DNA of 64,000 bases from the human T2T-CHM13v2.0 reference genome, Homo sapiens. The translations under genes and the position numbers were made by a program. The stretch lies in assembly GCF_009914755.1 (NCBI RefSeq), contig NC_060931.1; one strand, given 5' to 3'. The notes below the pieces were generated by a model, which was given only the letters and a program-made list of their open reading frames with translations, was not told the DNA's origin and did not search any database. Shown here one piece after another: positions 62,586 through 64,000 of the stretch (positions are counted from its first letter, which is position 1; the number at the start of each line of letters is the position of its first letter).

Positions 62586-64000
62586 ACTCTCTGAGCAGGG
62601 CATCTCTGAAAGAAAGGCAGCAGCCCCAGACAGGGGCTTATAGATAAAACTCCCATCTCCCTGGGACAGAGCACCTGGGGGAAGGGGCGGTTGTGGGCAA
62701 AGCTTCGGCATACTTAAACATTCCTGCCTGCTGGCTCTGAAGAGAACAGCAGATCTCCGAGCACAGTGCTCGAGCTCTGCTAAGGGACAGACAGCCTCCT
62801 CAAGTGGGTTGCTGACCCCCATGCCTCCAGACTGGGAGACACCTCCCAGCAGAGGTCGACAGACACCTCATACAAGAGAACTCTGGCTGGCATCTGGCGG
62901 GTGCCCCTCTGGGACAAAGCTTCCAGAGGAATGAACAGGCAGCAATCTTAGCTGTTCTGCAGCCTCTGCTGGTGATACCCAGGCAGAGAGGGTCTGGAGT
63001 GGACCTCCAGCAAATTCCAGCAGACCAGCAGCTGAGAGGCCTGACTGTTAGAAGGAAAACTAACGAACAGAAAGGAATAGCATCAACATCAACAAAAAGG
63101 ACGTCCACACAAAAACCCCATCCGAAGGTCACCAACATCAAAGACCAAAGCTAGATAAATCCACTAAGATGAGGAGAAGCCAGCGCAAAAAGGCTGAAAA
63201 TTTCAAAAACCAGAATGCCTCTTTTCCTCCAAAGGATCACAACTCCTCGCCAGCAAAGGAACAAAACTGGGCAGAGAATCAGTTTGATGAATTGACAGAA
63301 GTAGGCTTCAGAAGGTGAGTAATAACAAACTTCTCTGAGCTAAAAGAGCCTGTTCTAATCCAATGCAAGTAAAATAAGAACCTTGATAAAGGGTTACAGG
63401 AATTGCTAACTAGAATAACCTGTTTAGAGAAGAACACAAATGACCTGATGGAGCTGAAAAACACAGCATGAGAACTTCGTGAAGCACACACAAGTATCAA
63501 TAGCCAAATCGATCGAGTGGAAGAAAGGATATCACAGATTGAAGATCAACTCAAATAAAGCATGAAGACAAGATTAGAGAAAAAAGAATGAAAAGGAACA
63601 AACAAAGCCTCCAAGAAATATGGATGATGTGAAAAGACCAAACCCATGTTTCATTGGTGTACCTGAAAGTGACAGGGAGAAAGGAATGAAGTTGGAAAAC
63701 ACTCTTCAGGATATTATCCAGGAGAATTTCCCCAACCTAGCAAGACAGGCCAACATTCAAATTCAGGAAATACAGACAACACCACAAAAATACTCCTTGA
63801 GAAGAGCAACCCCAAGACATAATCGTCAGATTCACCAAGATTGAAATGAAGGAAAAAATGTTAAGGGCAGCCAGAGAGAAAGGACGAGTTACCCACAAAG
63901 GGAAGCCCATCAGACTAGAGTGGATCTCTCTGCAGAAACCCTACAAGCCAGAAGAGAGTGGGGGCCAATATTCAACATTCCTAAAGAAAAGAATTTTCAA
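62585..64000 (+). mobile_element. L1PA (PA7/PA8-like) 5'UTR and disrupted ORF1, continuing beyond the window
   Basis: ORF1 ATG at 63169; ENTLQDIIQENFPNLARQANIQIQEIQ; several in-frame stops. Confidence 0.92.

Noticed and set aside
63169-64000. L1 ORF1 as a functional CDS
   Set aside because: Multiple in-frame stops and frameshifts.

Overview
Primate (human-like) genomic DNA. Bases 1-1876 are the last intron and terminal exon 4 of NPY (+ strand). The exon encodes ...(R)LEDPAMW*, the end of the CPON peptide, followed by a short 3'UTR with AATAAA. The remaining ~62 kb has no intact protein-coding gene and is mostly interspersed repeats: Alu J/S/Y, L1PA/L1MA/L1ME, L2, L3/CR1, a probable RTE-type LINE, MIR, MaLR/ERV LTRs and hAT/Tc-mariner fossils. 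Almost all listed six-frame ORFs are repeat artefacts. Two structures go beyond this annotation. (1) The non-repetitive islands at 38.1-34.9 kb and 9.3-7.5 kb read on the minus strand like the exons of a decayed multi-exon gene convergent with NPY: Kozak ATG, GT-AG boundaries with largely compatible phases, and frames broken by stops and frameshifts. This is a candidate ancient unitary pseudogene, with a possible RFX X-box promoter near 47.4 kb; it is inference and needs cross-species alignment. (2) A ~1.1 kb inverted duplication (53.1-54.2 kb versus 58.25-59.9 kb) flanks a ~4 kb spacer and shows patchy identity, suggesting a staggered-break inversion followed by gene conversion. Smaller items: an exact 90-bp tandem duplication, a perfect 52-bp AT palindrome in the NPY intron, a very young AluY, a twin-primed L1 and a THE1 LTR nested in an Alu. 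Repeat family names come from recalled consensus sequences, not a RepeatMasker run; repeat boundaries are approximate.
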